Position numbers and translations under genes: made by a program
The notes under the pieces: generated by a model
Databases searched by the model: none
Told to the model about the DNA's origin: nothing
What the model saw: only the letters and a program-made list of their open reading frames with translations
Assembly (NCBI GenBank): GCA_963678315.1
Contig: OY782781.1
Span: 928,001-992,000, forward strand
Direction of reading: 5' to 3'
Length of the DNA stretch: 64,000 nucleotides
Source: Candidatus Cloacimonadales bacterium
GTDB taxonomy: Bacteria; Cloacimonadota; Cloacimonadia; Cloacimonadales; JAFGVF01
Part shown: positions 30,001 to 41,300 of the stretch, piece by piece
Numbering within the stretch: position 1 is the first letter of the stretch
How the letters are laid out: every line of letters begins with the position of its first letter

Positions 30001-30526
30001 TGTTGGGATTGGAGTCCCTAAGAATGCTTCAATTGTGGGCATAGTTGCTGGATCTTCAAAGAAGAAAAATAAACGTGGTGAATACTATGGGGTTGTTCAA
30101 ATGGAAGATATGAAAGGTAAGTTTGAATTGACTCTTTATAAAGATAAGTTTGAAAAATATTTTCCTTTATTAACTATTGGCGATATATTCTATATAAAGG
30201 GCAATCAAAATAGCTTCAATAATGATGATAGTCTATTGAGAATGAGCCCAATGCTTGTGAAGAGTTTTGATGAGTTCTTAGAAGAAATGAGTGGAGAAGT
30301 AACACTTAGGTTCAATGAAGAACAGATCGAAAAGTTTATGGAGAATGATTATCTCGGTTTGATAAGTAGTTCAAAAGGCAAGCATGATTTAAAACTTATA
30401 GTAGAAACTAAGGACTTCGGAATTCTAACCTTGCAGGCTCAGACCCTGAAAGTTGAGCCTAACAATAAGTTCCTGAAGTTCTGGGATGATTTAGGTGTAT
30501 CTTACCATATAGAAGGGAGAATATGA
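27098..30526 (+). CDS. dnaE: DNA polymerase III alpha subunit
   Basis: FVHLHNHT, GPGRGSAAGS, PDIDIDF, KMDFLGL, YAFNKSH. Confidence 0.98.
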   Translation: MSFVHLHNHTQYSLLDGACRIDRMIAKAKELNMNAVAMTDHGNMFGTIEFYNKAKDAGIKPLVGTEAYVINGTYDDPNNKSQRRYHLVLLAKNLNGYKNLMKLSSRSFTEGYYYKPRMIKDDLRKYSSDLIALSACIQGEIPRKLLDDDKQGAIDALNEYKEIFGDDFYIELQDHGLSLEHEVMPQLIQLAKETNTPMVVTNDCHYLNKEDAVAHDVLLCIQTGKKYDDTERMRYETSDLYFKSEEEMRKLFPDVPEAYENTQKIADEIDLELDYNNFLFPKVDVPEKYKDMEDYLRGLCEDGAKRKYGEITAEVKDRMDFELGVIHKMGYDGYFLIVKDFMDAAREMDIPVGPGRGSAAGSIVAYTLDITQLDPLKYGLLFERFLDLKRVGMPDIDIDFCGKGRSKVIDYVVEKYGRESVTQIITYGKLGAKSIIKDVARVMDVSPQDANKMTKLIPSSPKMNLEKAQKESDDFRMLMQSNDTYKKILEISTVLEGLIRQTGIHAAGVVIGPGDLSDYVPLATTPQKNGENAVLVQYEGKWLDDLKLLKMDFLGLKTLTIIKQAIDYIKQSHGVDVDIENVDLTDKKTFELLSEGLTDGVFQFESAGMKKYLSKLKPNQFEDLIAMVALYRPGPMQFIDTYINRKHGREEIVYDHELTKSSLAETYGVTVYQEQVMQISKVMGKFSSADAGVLRKAISKKKLDMMEKMFVKFEQGSMENGVPKDTVKKIWDNWLEFANYAFNKSHAACYAFISFQTAYLKAHYPVEFMASILSVEEDPAKIPYFIEECKAMNIEVLPPDINHSEKEFTVHDCKIQFGMRGIKNVGDAAIDEILTERSKGGHYNSIFDLSKRLNSTAVNKTTLESLIMSGTLDHLEGNRAQKWEAIPDAINLSSSQRDSNQMTLFDLMGDEEDEAEYYPDLKDVEDWSDSLKLENEKAVLGFYVSGHPLMEYRSIIEGISTVDSQFPSVGIGVPKNASIVGIVAGSSKKKNKRGEYYGVVQMEDMKGKFELTLYKDKFEKYFPLLTIGDIFYIKGNQNSFNNDDSLLRMSPMLVKSFDEFLEEMSGEVTLRFNEEQIEKFMENDYLGLISSSKGKHDLKLIVETKDFGILTLQAQTLKVEPNNKFLKFWDDLGVSYHIEGRI

Positions 30527-31632
30527 AGAAACTTTTAATTTTACTTGTCTTTTTGTTTAGTATGAATCTAATATTAGGAGCGAACTTAACTTCTGAAAAG
30601 ATAGGAGCTGACAGCTTTCTTTCTTTTAGGTTAGATTCCAGAAGACTACAAGAAAAGAAAGGTAAGATTGATTATGTTGTTATCCTAGAAGTTCTAGATT
30701 CTGAGGACAAAATATCTTATTTCGGAAGAAAAGAGATAGTCTATAAAACTGAGGAAGTAGCAGAAGATAGTCAGTTACTAATGATATTCAAGACTGATTT
30801 AGAACTTGGAGATTATACTGCTTATCTGAAAGTTAAGAGTAGATCTAGAGGGGATAAGATAGAAGAGAAGTTTGATTTTGAACTTAAGGAAGAACATAGT
30901 GCTTCAAATGTACTCTTAGTAAAAGAAAAAGGAGATGTCTATATAGAACCTAATTCTATCTCCGACATAGACCAAGATTTCTATCTATTGCAATACTTTA
31001 AACTTCCTCCAAGTGAGATTAAGATAATTACTTCTGACAAGAAAAAGCAATTGGAAAGTAGTCTACCGATAGATTCAACTATGTATGTCAAACTTAAAGA
31101 TATTGAATATATCCCTAAATTCACTAATCTTTTCACAGAATTTAAGATTGATGGTAAGGTCTATCAATATCAGCTACGTAAGATTGATAATCTACACAAA
31201 TTCCAGAGACTATACAGCTGGAAGGACCAGTTAAGGCAGATTAGGTACATTGTTGACGAGAATGAATGGCGGAAGGTGCAAGATGATAGATACGAAAGCG
31301 ATAAAGCAAGAGTATTAGATTTTTGGGCTAGGAATGGTCTGGATAAAACTAGCAGTGGAAATTCTCTGCAAGATATTTTCTATGATAGAATAATTGAAGT
31401 TGACAGGAAATTCTCTGTTAATAAGTATAAAAGTGGTTGGGAAACTGACCGTGGAAGAATATATATCAAATTTGGCGAGCCAGACGAAATAGATGTGAAT
31501 AATTATCCAATTGGACGTTATCCAACTCAAACATGGACATATTATTACAGGCAGAAAACATTCTATTTCTACGATAGGTCTCGTACCGAAGATTATAAAT
31601 TATATAACAAAGAAGAAGAGTATGATTATTAA
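30523..31632 (+). CDS. GWxTD domain-containing exported protein
   Basis: Signal peptide; GWETDRGRIYIKFGEPD. Confidence 0.88.
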   Translation: MKKLLILLVFLFSMNLILGANLTSEKIGADSFLSFRLDSRRLQEKKGKIDYVVILEVLDSEDKISYFGRKEIVYKTEEVAEDSQLLMIFKTDLELGDYTAYLKVKSRSRGDKIEEKFDFELKEEHSASNVLLVKEKGDVYIEPNSISDIDQDFYLLQYFKLPPSEIKIITSDKKKQLESSLPIDSTMYVKLKDIEYIPKFTNLFTEFKIDGKVYQYQLRKIDNLHKFQRLYSWKDQLRQIRYIVDENEWRKVQDDRYESDKARVLDFWARNGLDKTSSGNSLQDIFYDRIIEVDRKFSVNKYKSGWETDRGRIYIKFGEPDEIDVNNYPIGRYPTQTWTYYYRQKTFYFYDRSRTEDYKLYNKEEEYDY

Positions 31633-33010
31633 ACGTTTATTTCTATTGTTTGTAGCCTTGGCTACAACACTTGTTGCATGGGCTGATGATTTGAGAATTA
31701 GTGTGGAAGGGCTGAATTTCTTTGAAAAAAGCGGTAGAACTATTATTGATGTTAATTATTCTATAAAATACAAGAATTTAGGCTTTAAATTCAATGAGAA
31801 GAATAAGATTGCAGTGGCTAATTTAAAAGTTGAATGCGCTGTATATAACAAATCAGGAGTCCTATTAAGAGAAGATTTTTCAGACAAGATAGTTGTTACT
31901 AATGAAAAAGATATCAAATCTGATAGCAAAGTGCATAACAGTCGTTATAGTTTCGATTATGAAGGTGGAGGAAACAATATTCTTCTTAGGTTTACTGATC
32001 TTGTTTCTGGCGATAGCTATGTTTATAAAGAAGTCTTAAAATCTATTTCACAGAATAAGATTTCAAGCATTGAACTTAATAATTTTGTTCAGGATAAGAA
32101 AACAAATACAAGTCCTCAGCTCTATAGGGGAGAGATTCTTTATAATTCTAATCCTGAGAGAGTATTCTATAAAGAACTTTCAGACAGTCTATATTGCTAC
32201 TTCCAACTTAATGATTTAAAAAAGGCTTCTAGATCAGAGTGGTCTTATAACTATACAATCACAGTCCGTGATTCTAATGGCGAAAAGCTTTTTACAGAAG
32301 ATAGACTTTCTGAGTCTAACAGTGAAATAGCTTCTATTGTGCATGGAATAGGAATCCAAAATCTCGACAATGGATTATATACAATTACTGTTGAAAATAC
32401 TGAATATGCAGAAAATAATATCAGCAGAACCGATTTCTCAATATCTGATTTTGCAGGAGAAATGATTTCCATGCTGAATGACCCAGAAGAAGAGTTCTTC
32501 TTAATTAAGTACTTCGGCTATGATGAAACTTCAAGAAGATGGGAAAACTTTCCTAGAAGTAGAAAGATTAAAGAGATAAATAAGTTCTGGAATATCTATT
32601 CAACTAAAATGAATATGTCAGTAAATTCATTAGACGAAATTCTAAAAGAAAGAATTGAATATGCTAACCTTAAATTCTCTTCAAAAACACCTGGTTGGAA
32701 GTCTGACAGAGGTAAAGTCTATATTCTATATGGCGCTCCAGATGATATAGATAAGTATCTTGTTGGTGAAATGGATGCAACAGATCAAAGTGACCTTGAT
32801 TCACAAATCAATAGAGCTGCAGTCTTTAACGATAGAGAATATGAAATTTGGCGATATACTTCTAGTAGAATTGCTAGCTATACTTTCTTTGATACACGAC
32901 TAGATAATAGCCACAAATTAATCTACATCTATAATGACCCAAATATGGAAACTTCGGCTGATTATAAGTTCTATCTGGGACAAGACTTTGATGAGGATGT
33001 GCTAAAGTAG
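31622..33010 (+). CDS. GWxTD domain-containing exported protein (likely start ATG 31622)
   Basis: MIIKRLFLLF signal peptide; GWKSDRGKVYILYGAPD. Confidence 0.85.
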   Translation: MIIKRLFLLFVALATTLVAWADDLRISVEGLNFFEKSGRTIIDVNYSIKYKNLGFKFNEKNKIAVANLKVECAVYNKSGVLLREDFSDKIVVTNEKDIKSDSKVHNSRYSFDYEGGGNNILLRFTDLVSGDSYVYKEVLKSISQNKISSIELNNFVQDKKTNTSPQLYRGEILYNSNPERVFYKELSDSLYCYFQLNDLKKASRSEWSYNYTITVRDSNGEKLFTEDRLSESNSEIASIVHGIGIQNLDNGLYTITVENTEYAENNISRTDFSISDFAGEMISMLNDPEEEFFLIKYFGYDETSRRWENFPRSRKIKEINKFWNIYSTKMNMSVNSLDEILKERIEYANLKFSSKTPGWKSDRGKVYILYGAPDDIDKYLVGEMDATDQSDLDSQINRAAVFNDREYEIWRYTSSRIASYTFFDTRLDNSHKLIYIYNDPNMETSADYKFYLGQDFDEDVLK

Positions 33011-33042
33011 TAGCATATAATTGGCAGTTGTCAATATTTTTC

Positions 33043-33249
33043 GTAGGGCGTAATGCATACGCCCATAAGTGTGGAATGTTGTCTTCGTAGGGGCGTATGG
33101 TATACTCCGACAAGGGTGCCAGCATCACACCCCTACTTTGGGTTTTTAAGGATAACATTAAGGTCTATATATATTATTTGTTACTCCCAAGTCTATCAAT
33201 CCTTTCTTGCTTCTTGCATTAAATTACGATTTAATGCAGGAGGGGCAAG
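33043..33249. repeat. Cluster of REP-like palindromes (GTAG-type and GCATTAAA-type)
   Basis: GTAGGGCGTAATGCATACGCCC (33043), GTAGGGGCGTATGG (33087), inverted copy ending CCCCTAC (33136); TGCATTAAAT...ATTTAATGCA (33215-33238). Confidence 0.75.
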
Positions 33250-33386
33250 GGCAATAAGGCTGTTAGGAGTTATAAATCTTAATTTTTCCACAACTATTCA
33301 CTAATAAAATCACAAACAAAAAATCAAAAAAAACTTGACCTTTCTATCTACAATTTGAATATTAAAAAAAGATTCAAGGAAGAGGT

Positions 33387-33731
33387 ATGCGAAAATTTCT
33401 AATATTTCTGTTATTTTTATCAATAACAATAAGTTTGGTTGGAAACGAATTTCAAGTAACAGCTAAAGCTAAATTAAATCTTGCCCACATGGGCTTACAA
33501 ATGCTAGATGATAGTCAGAAATATGATAACAATGGAGACTTATGTGCTTTGCTAATCGTACGTTGTGGCTTGGAAGAAATAAATTTCTCAAACACTGCTA
33601 GCAAAGTTGCCCAGATAGACAAAGAAGGTGAATACTATATCACTATGAAAAAGGGTGCTCGCTACATAGTGATGAAAAAGGCTGGCTTTGGTTCTTTTAA
33701 AGAATACTTTGAAAGCCCTCTTAAAAGTTGA
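33387..33731 (+). CDS. Exported protein, apparently only the N-terminal domain of a PEGA-type protein (possibly truncated)
   Basis: Signal peptide; YDNNGDLCALLIV motif; ends abruptly at LKS*. Confidence 0.5.
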   Translation: MRKFLIFLLFLSITISLVGNEFQVTAKAKLNLAHMGLQMLDDSQKYDNNGDLCALLIVRCGLEEINFSNTASKVAQIDKEGEYYITMKKGARYIVMKKAGFGSFKEYFESPLKS

Positions 33732-33792
33732 ATAAGTATTTAAGCCCAAGAGTATTATGAGGGATAGGGGAAATTACTCGCTAATCTAGTAC

Positions 33793-34194
33793 TTACTGAA
33801 TATATTCATGACCAAACACAGGGTCGAAAACATCTATGTAGTGATTAATAGAATATTCATCGAAATATTTATGTTTAGTTATAGTTATAGCATCGAATCT
33901 TTTGGGGTAGATATCATATTCGGGATATGTGTTAAGAAAATTTAATGTAGCTTTTGTTATTCTTGCTCTTTTTTTATAAGTAATAGTTTCAAGAGCTTGG
34001 TCTGTATCTAGTTTGTTGCGTAGTTTTACTTCAACAATAACCAATTCATCCCTGTCTAAAGCAATTATATCAATTTCACCTTGCCGACATAGGTAATTTG
34101 TTTGCACAATTTTATAGCCTTTCTTACACAAATAGGAAGCGGCTAATTGCTCTCCAAGACTACCTAATTCAATGTTTTTTTGTTTTTTATTCAT
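33793..34194 (-). CDS. yraN: YraN/UPF0102 family protein
   Basis: LGEQLAASYL, GEIDIIA, VEVK, RFDAI. Confidence 0.92.
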   Translation of the reverse strand: MNKKQKNIELGSLGEQLAASYLCKKGYKIVQTNYLCRQGEIDIIALDRDELVIVEVKLRNKLDTDQALETITYKKRARITKATLNFLNTYPEYDIYPKRFDAITITKHKYFDEYSINHYIDVFDPVFGHEYIQ

Positions 34195-34296
34195 AAATTT
34201 AAAGAAAAAACTTGACTAGTAGCTGTCAACGTCTAAAATTAGAAAGGTATAGAAAATAAAAAAAACTAACATAAGTATACTTAATAAGGAGAGGGA

Positions 34297-35310
34297 ATGC
34301 GAAAAGTTAAGTTATTGTTTTTGATTTTAATGTTGTTATTGGTTAATGTTATAAGTGCATTACCGTTTGGAACTTTGGGTAATATAGATGTTCCTGATGG
34401 TTTTGTTAGTCCTGCAAATAGAATTCAAGTGAACTTTGCCTCATATTTAAGAGATGGTAAAGTTGATTTTAATGATGAAAATGCAGATTATGAATATAAC
34501 TATGTTATTCAAGCTCGCTATGGTTTATTTGATAGAGCTGATATTGGTTTTGTATATACTGGAGATGAAGTATTTTACGCTAATTTAAAATTCAAGTTAA
34601 TTGAAGAAAATGATGAATATCCTGGTATTTGTATTGGTGTTGATAACTTATTCTCAAAAGTTGATACTGATTATAAAAAACAATTAGAAGAACATCCAGA
34701 AGAATTGGAAGATATCCAAGATGCTGATACTTATGAAAGAAATTCTTTCTATGTTACTGCTTCTAAAGCATGGGCATTTACTGGTGTACCTGTCTTTGAT
34801 GAAATGCAAACATATGTAACATTAGGTATGGGTGTTAACCGTTTTGTAGGCCAAAGAGATTTAGCTAAAGATTTTAACGGTTTATTCGGTTCTGTTGAAT
34901 TCCGTCCAAACGATTCATATAGTTTCTTTACTGAACAATCAGGTCACGCTATAAATATTGGTGCTCGTTATTCTTGGAATAATTTTGATTTCCAATACTC
35001 AATATTAGAAATAGAAGAATTTATTAAAGAGAATGATGATAACCTCAAAATGGCTTTAAATATCAACTTTAACATTAATAACTGGGTTAAAGAAGATACT
35101 GGTAAAAGATTTGATAATCGTACAGGTGCAAGATCTGTTGGTAGAAGAACTTCTGAATTTAAGGATAGTCAATTACGTGGCCAAAGCATCTTAGATAGAA
35201 TTAATGCCTTGAAACAACAAGAACAATCTTTAGATAAAGCAAATGATGTAGATACTATTGTCGATGAAGAGGATATTGATGATTTAATCAATGAAATGAT
35301 TGAAGAATAG
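34297..35310 (+). CDS. YjbH-like exported/outer-membrane beta-barrel protein with acidic coiled-coil tail
   Basis: Signal peptide; FGTLGNIDVP, alternating amphipathic strands, PGICIGVDNL, FYVTASK. Confidence 0.55.
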   Translation: MRKVKLLFLILMLLLVNVISALPFGTLGNIDVPDGFVSPANRIQVNFASYLRDGKVDFNDENADYEYNYVIQARYGLFDRADIGFVYTGDEVFYANLKFKLIEENDEYPGICIGVDNLFSKVDTDYKKQLEEHPEELEDIQDADTYERNSFYVTASKAWAFTGVPVFDEMQTYVTLGMGVNRFVGQRDLAKDFNGLFGSVEFRPNDSYSFFTEQSGHAINIGARYSWNNFDFQYSILEIEEFIKENDDNLKMALNINFNINNWVKEDTGKRFDNRTGARSVGRRTSEFKDSQLRGQSILDRINALKQQEQSLDKANDVDTIVDEEDIDDLINEMIEE

Positions 35311-35337
35311 ATTGTAATATAAAAATAAGTAGGAAAT

Positions 35338-38300
35338 ATGTATAATAAAAAGAAGATTATTCTTGTTCTTCTTGCAGTAGTCTCTATTATATTTTTATAT
35401 TCTCAAGATAACCAAGCTTCTGATATAAATGTTGATTCTGAACTACAACAGAAGAAAAAAATAGAAAAAGATAGAATAGAAAAAGTTAATCAGCTATTAA
35501 ATTCAAGCCAGATTGCTGAAGTAGATTCTTTATATAAAGAAGATGAAAGAATATACTTTAGTTTAATAAGAAGTGGAGATAAACAATTAGCAAATTTCTA
35601 TAAAGATATGATGAATAAAGCATATCGTAATGTTAGAGCTTTGCAAGATGATCTATATTATCTTGACTGTTTTTCATATATTCTTACTAAAAAATGGGAA
35701 TTGGCTGAAGTAAAAACTGCTGATTTTCTAAAGCAATATCCACAGAGTAATGTAACAACAAATATTTTGAAGTTTAGAAAGAAAGCTCTTTTTGAATTAG
35801 GAAGATATGAAGATTATGTTACCCTAGTTGAAGCATCATCATTAGCAACATCTGCGGGTGCAAAGTTTGAATATGCTCAAGCTTTATATAATCTTGAGCG
35901 TTATGATGCTGCTCAACAATTATTAGAAGCGGTAGTAGCTGCTGACGATGTTAAGTATAAATTACGAGCTTTAGCTACTATGGGTTTAATCTCTGCTGCT
36001 AAAGGTAAGTACCAAGAAGCTATTGGAATTTTCACCGTTATTGAACAAGAATTCCCTATAGATACAAAGTATATGGACTTTGTGATTTTATCACAAGCAC
36101 GTCTACATGCACAGATTGGTGAAAATACTTTTGCGACTGAGTATTATAGAGCATATAACGAGCTTACTCAAGGTCAAGATGCAAAAGTTTTATACGAACT
36201 GGCAGTTCTACAAAGAAAAAATGGCAATTTAGATAAGGCTAAAGCTGCGTTTGAAAAAGTTTTAACTCTAAATACAGGTAAAGCTTATTATACTCCTGCT
36301 ATATACAATTTAGTTTTAATTGATCAAGAGCTTAATAATGGGGCTCAATCCTCTAATATTATTTCTAGTTATCAAACAAGAGTTGATAATTACTTTAATT
36401 TAGTAATTCAAAATAGAAACTTAGTTAGCGAAATCCAATCACTAAGGAATAAAGCTTTAGCTGAAGCTGATACTTTACAACTTAAGAATTTAAAGGATAA
36501 GATTGCTGAAAAAAGTATCGCATTGATGGAGAATCAAGATCAGCTTGTTGCTCAAAAAGGTTATGTCTCAAATAGAGATCTTGTATTAATCAAGAGAATT
36601 GAAGAAAAGTTTATTACTCGCAACAGTATATATGTTGAAAGAAAAGAACTAAATGAGCTTATCAGAGACTTCCCTAAAGATGAATTAATCCTAAAGGCAG
36701 ATTATAATCGCGAAAAAGCTGAGATATTTAATATTGCTGAACTTGCAGAAATATTCTTATCAGATATAGAAGAGCCAACTATACAACAGGAAGATAGTGC
36801 ATTATACTTCTCGGAAGAACTATATAATTATATGGTAACTATTGCATTTTTAGAAGAAGATTTACTTGATAACACTCTCTCTAGTAATGAAAAAGCTCAA
36901 ATTAGTAATTTAGTAAAAACTAATAGTGATAGTCTTGTAACATTAAAACTTCGAGGTAAGGTAGAATTAGCTGATATCCCAAATATGGAAGAGAAGTTAG
37001 CTCAGTTCGAAACAAGAGCGGAAGAACTAATTTTCCAAGAAATGGATAAAGAAGAAAAGCGCCAAATTGTTATTGACGGGTATTATGATTTCAAGGCTAA
37101 CAAAGAAAATACTAGCTTATTGGCAAGTGTAGATAACTATGACGAAAAACGTGTAAATAAGTTTAAAAGAGCTTTTAATAAATACAATAAGCAAAAACTT
37201 AATATTGAAGAATATCTCCAATTTGTTTCATTAGAATCAGAATTCCAAAAAATTACAAAATCCTATAATGATAAATTTGCCCAAATGCAAATTGACACGA
37301 CAATTGTAATAAATCGTGAACAAGAGTATGCTATTAGGGAAAATCTATATAATAGAATAAATAGATTTATTTACCAGCATGAAGATTTTGAGAATAACTA
37401 TAAACTATATTTCAATATGGCAGAATTAAGTGCTTTCTTTGATGTTAATAATTACCAATTAAATTACAACAATTATAAAAAAGTGTTAGATCTTAAACCT
37501 GATTTTGCTCTCAAAGATGTTGTTATTTATAACTTAGCATTTAACAAACAAGCCTTGATTGATAGAGAAATAGGAAGAAAAAAAGAAGAGTTGATGAAAA
37601 GTCCAAATTACTTCACATCTGCTCTACCAAATGAGGTAAAGAAAACAGCTGAAAAATATAGCGAAGTAATCAAAAATTATTCTGAAATAGTTAAGGATAA
37701 AGATTCTACATACCGAGTAGAGGCAGTTTTCAGACTAGCAGACTTGTATTATGATTTAGCTGTTGACTCAGACGATATTCTTAAGTATATAGACAAATCA
37801 ATAACTTTGTTTACTATAGCAATGAAAATTGGTGACCAAAAACAACAATTAGAAGCATTATATCAAAGAGCTTGGCATTATATGGCCAAAAGTGAATATG
37901 ATAATGCTATGCTAGATTTAAGAGTATTGCTAGAAAACAAAGACCTATATTCTGAAGATGAAGAGTACAAATATACTTCAGCTTATGATGTTGCGGCATA
38001 TTCATTGAATCAAATTGGGATGTATAATGATACTTTAAGAACAGTTTCATCATATATGAAAGATAAACTTTTTCCAAATTTCGACAAGAACGATGCTTCA
38101 ATAATTTATAATAAAGTTCTTAACTCAAAGAAAAGTACAGACGAGTTCCTACAGGTTATTGACCTTTATAAACTCTATACAGAAGTTCATCCTTTAGATA
38201 TTGTTAACCCTACTTTCTGTGATTCTATAGTTTATGAATACCAAACTCACACACCTGAGATTGGAGGAATCGATTCCTTAAAAGCTAAAAGTAGATTGGT

Positions 38301-41300
38301 TTATCTTGAATCTGTCGAAAGATATGGTTATAATTCAGAATGGTATGATTTTAACAAAGAAGATCCTAAAATAGTTGATTACACAAAATCTGTTAAAAAA
38401 GGATATGAAGGTTATATTTTCCCTGAACTGATTAAACTTATTCAAGAAAATCCTTCTCAAGAAGATATTAGTCAGTATAATGATATGATAGAAGAATATG
38501 CTAATTATCAAGGTGTTACCATTGAGGAAAGAAATAAGTTCTTACCTCTTGTAAAAGAAAATAGTATGGCCTTAGTTAATACTTATGTTGCTAGTAAGAA
38601 CGATACATTAGCTTACGCATGGGGTCAGAATGAAATATACAAATATTTAGAAGTTAATCCTGAAGACAAGCAAAGAGATGTTCTGGAACAAAATGCTTAT
38701 TCTTACGCTGCTAAATATAGGGCTTATGTAGATACAGTAGCTTTTGATAGCTTGCAATATAGTCCACAAGATGTGGAAAATATTAAACTTAATACCAAAA
38801 GAAATTATATTTTAGCTGCTAATAGATATATTGAATATAACACTAAAAACAATATTACTCAAAAAGATGATAAAATATATAACATTTTGTATTTCAGAGG
38901 TCTTGCTAAAGTTGATATTGGAGATATTGAGGGAGCTAGAAATGATTTTCTTAAATGTGATAGCTTAAATATCTCAAATGAAGATAAAAAGAATATTTAT
39001 ACTCAGTTGGCTTTAATATACAAAGATAGAGATGAAATAGATACATCTAATGATTATTTTGCTAGAGCATCTAGATATGCTTCTCTTGAAGAGAAAGAAG
39101 AATATGAAAAAGCAATCTATTCTAATAGAAAAGAAAAAGTTAAGCTTCTAGAAGAAAAGGGTGATCAAGTTGCTGCAGCGAAAGAGTTAGAAATTATGGC
39201 TAATTCAAGTGTTGCTACAGAAGAAGATAAATCCCTAATCAAGCAGGCTGCTAGATCAAAATATCTTGAGGCTGGTGATTATGAAACAGCCATTACCAGA
39301 TTAGTCGAAGAATTTAACAAACAAAATGAAGTAGATGGTGCTTGGGAATATATGGGACAAGCTATTTATATAGCCGACTCTCTTAAGGTTATGGACAAAA
39401 AAATAGAACTTGAAGATATGTTTATCTCTAAGTTCCCATACGATTTACAAACATTTGTTTTCAAACAAAATAGAATCAATGAAGTAAAAGAGGAAGGATC
39501 TACAAAATATAACCCTGATTTAGTGGCTTCAAGATACATGGAACTATATGATCTTGCTACTAAGGATGGTGATAAATTAGATATAGGGGAAAATAAAGCC
39601 CTTGATTTCTATTATTTCTCAATTTCTTATAAAGTCAAGTCTATGTCTGATGAAGATAAGGCTGAAGAATGGCTTAGATTCATTGATAGATTCCCTAACT
39701 ACACCTACACAACATCAACTGGTGCTCTTGTAAATAGTATTGCAATACAAAGTTTAGTATGCAAATTATACAAAGATAGTGGGAATACTGAGAAATATAT
39801 TGAAAATGCGAAGAAGCTATTTGAAATGGACCCTACATCAATTCTATATCTTCAATATGCTGCTGAGCAAATTCAAAAAGTTGATACTGATATCAGAAAG
39901 CTATATAGAAAAAGAGATTGGCAGCCAATGCTAGCTAAGATTGAAGAGTTTAACACTCTTTCTGACAAGTTCATTAATGAAGGTATCAAAGCAGATGATT
40001 TAACTATCAGTCAATTAGATGATGCTTATAATGGATTTGAAACTGACTACAGGAATGAACAGAAGAAAAAAGCTCTATTAGCTGAAATAGAAAGTAATTA
40101 TGAAGAATTTTTAACCTTTACAGATGTTGATTTTAATGAAAGAGTTAGAGTGTCAAATTTAACTACTTGGAATAGGCATCTTTATAAAGGAGAGAAGCGG
40201 ATTCCAACGTTTATTGAGCTTGTTGATTCTGAAATTGCCAAGATTACTGACGAAGTTTCTAAAATCGCTCAATCAGAACTATTAGATCCAGCTGAAAAGA
40301 AAGAAGCATTTTATAAATATTTCTATAACATATTTAATATTGAAAAATATGCATCTGAATTAATTAAAGCACAAGTCAATAAGTATGTCAACTTACCAGA
40401 AGGTCAGTTTAAGAAATATCAATTGAAGCTGGCTACAGACCCAACTACTACAATTGAAGAAAAAAGACAAAAGATCTTTGATTATCAGCAGAGTATAATT
40501 CCTTATGGTGACCAACTTTCATCTACATATTTTAGCAGATCTGTAGAAGATGCTAGATCAATATATACTAAATTTATTGATGGTTTTAGCTCAAAGTATC
40601 CAAAATCGGATGATATTGTTGATTACTTAGCTTCATTGAATGCTTATGAAGTTCAACCAAAGGAAATTGAAAGTTTGCTTCCAGATAGTTCATGGAGAAA
40701 AGACTATTCTGCTATAACTGAATCTACTTATAATGATTCTCTTAGAACATTTGCTGTTTATGGCATTGCTTCAATGGATACTTTAGTTGTTGAAAATGAT
40801 ATAAATTGTCCTATAGCTCCACTATTTGTGAGATATAGAATAATTACAGATGATGTTGATTTGATGGGGCAAAATATTGCAGATTTCCAAATATTTATTA
40901 ATGATAATCTTATCCAGTTTAATGAACCAGAATATGATGGTTTTATTGAAGATACCTTAGCTACTGTCCAATACTTAGACAGGTATTTAATTAATCATGC
41001 TAATATCAATCCTCAAAGCTATAGACCTGGCATCAATAAGATGAAAATAAAAGTACTAAATAGTAAAATGAGTAGTTTTAATGTTGGACTCCAGATGGAA
41101 GTAGTATATAACGAAGAAGAATTATTTATATATAATAACTCTCAATTAGTATCAATAGTTTCTGATGAAAGTTGGGTAGTATCAGATTCTGTATCTGCTT
41201 TAAACCCTGGATCAAATCTTTTTGAGAATGCTCAAGTAAGTAACTTTGAAGAGGATTATTACCAAATAGCATCCTTTAGTTCTTCAGTAGCTTTACCTAT

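Noticed and set aside
32874..33304. ORFs 32874-33158 (-) and 33053-33304 (+)
   Set aside because: Overlap the REP cluster and the GWxTD gene end; no coding features
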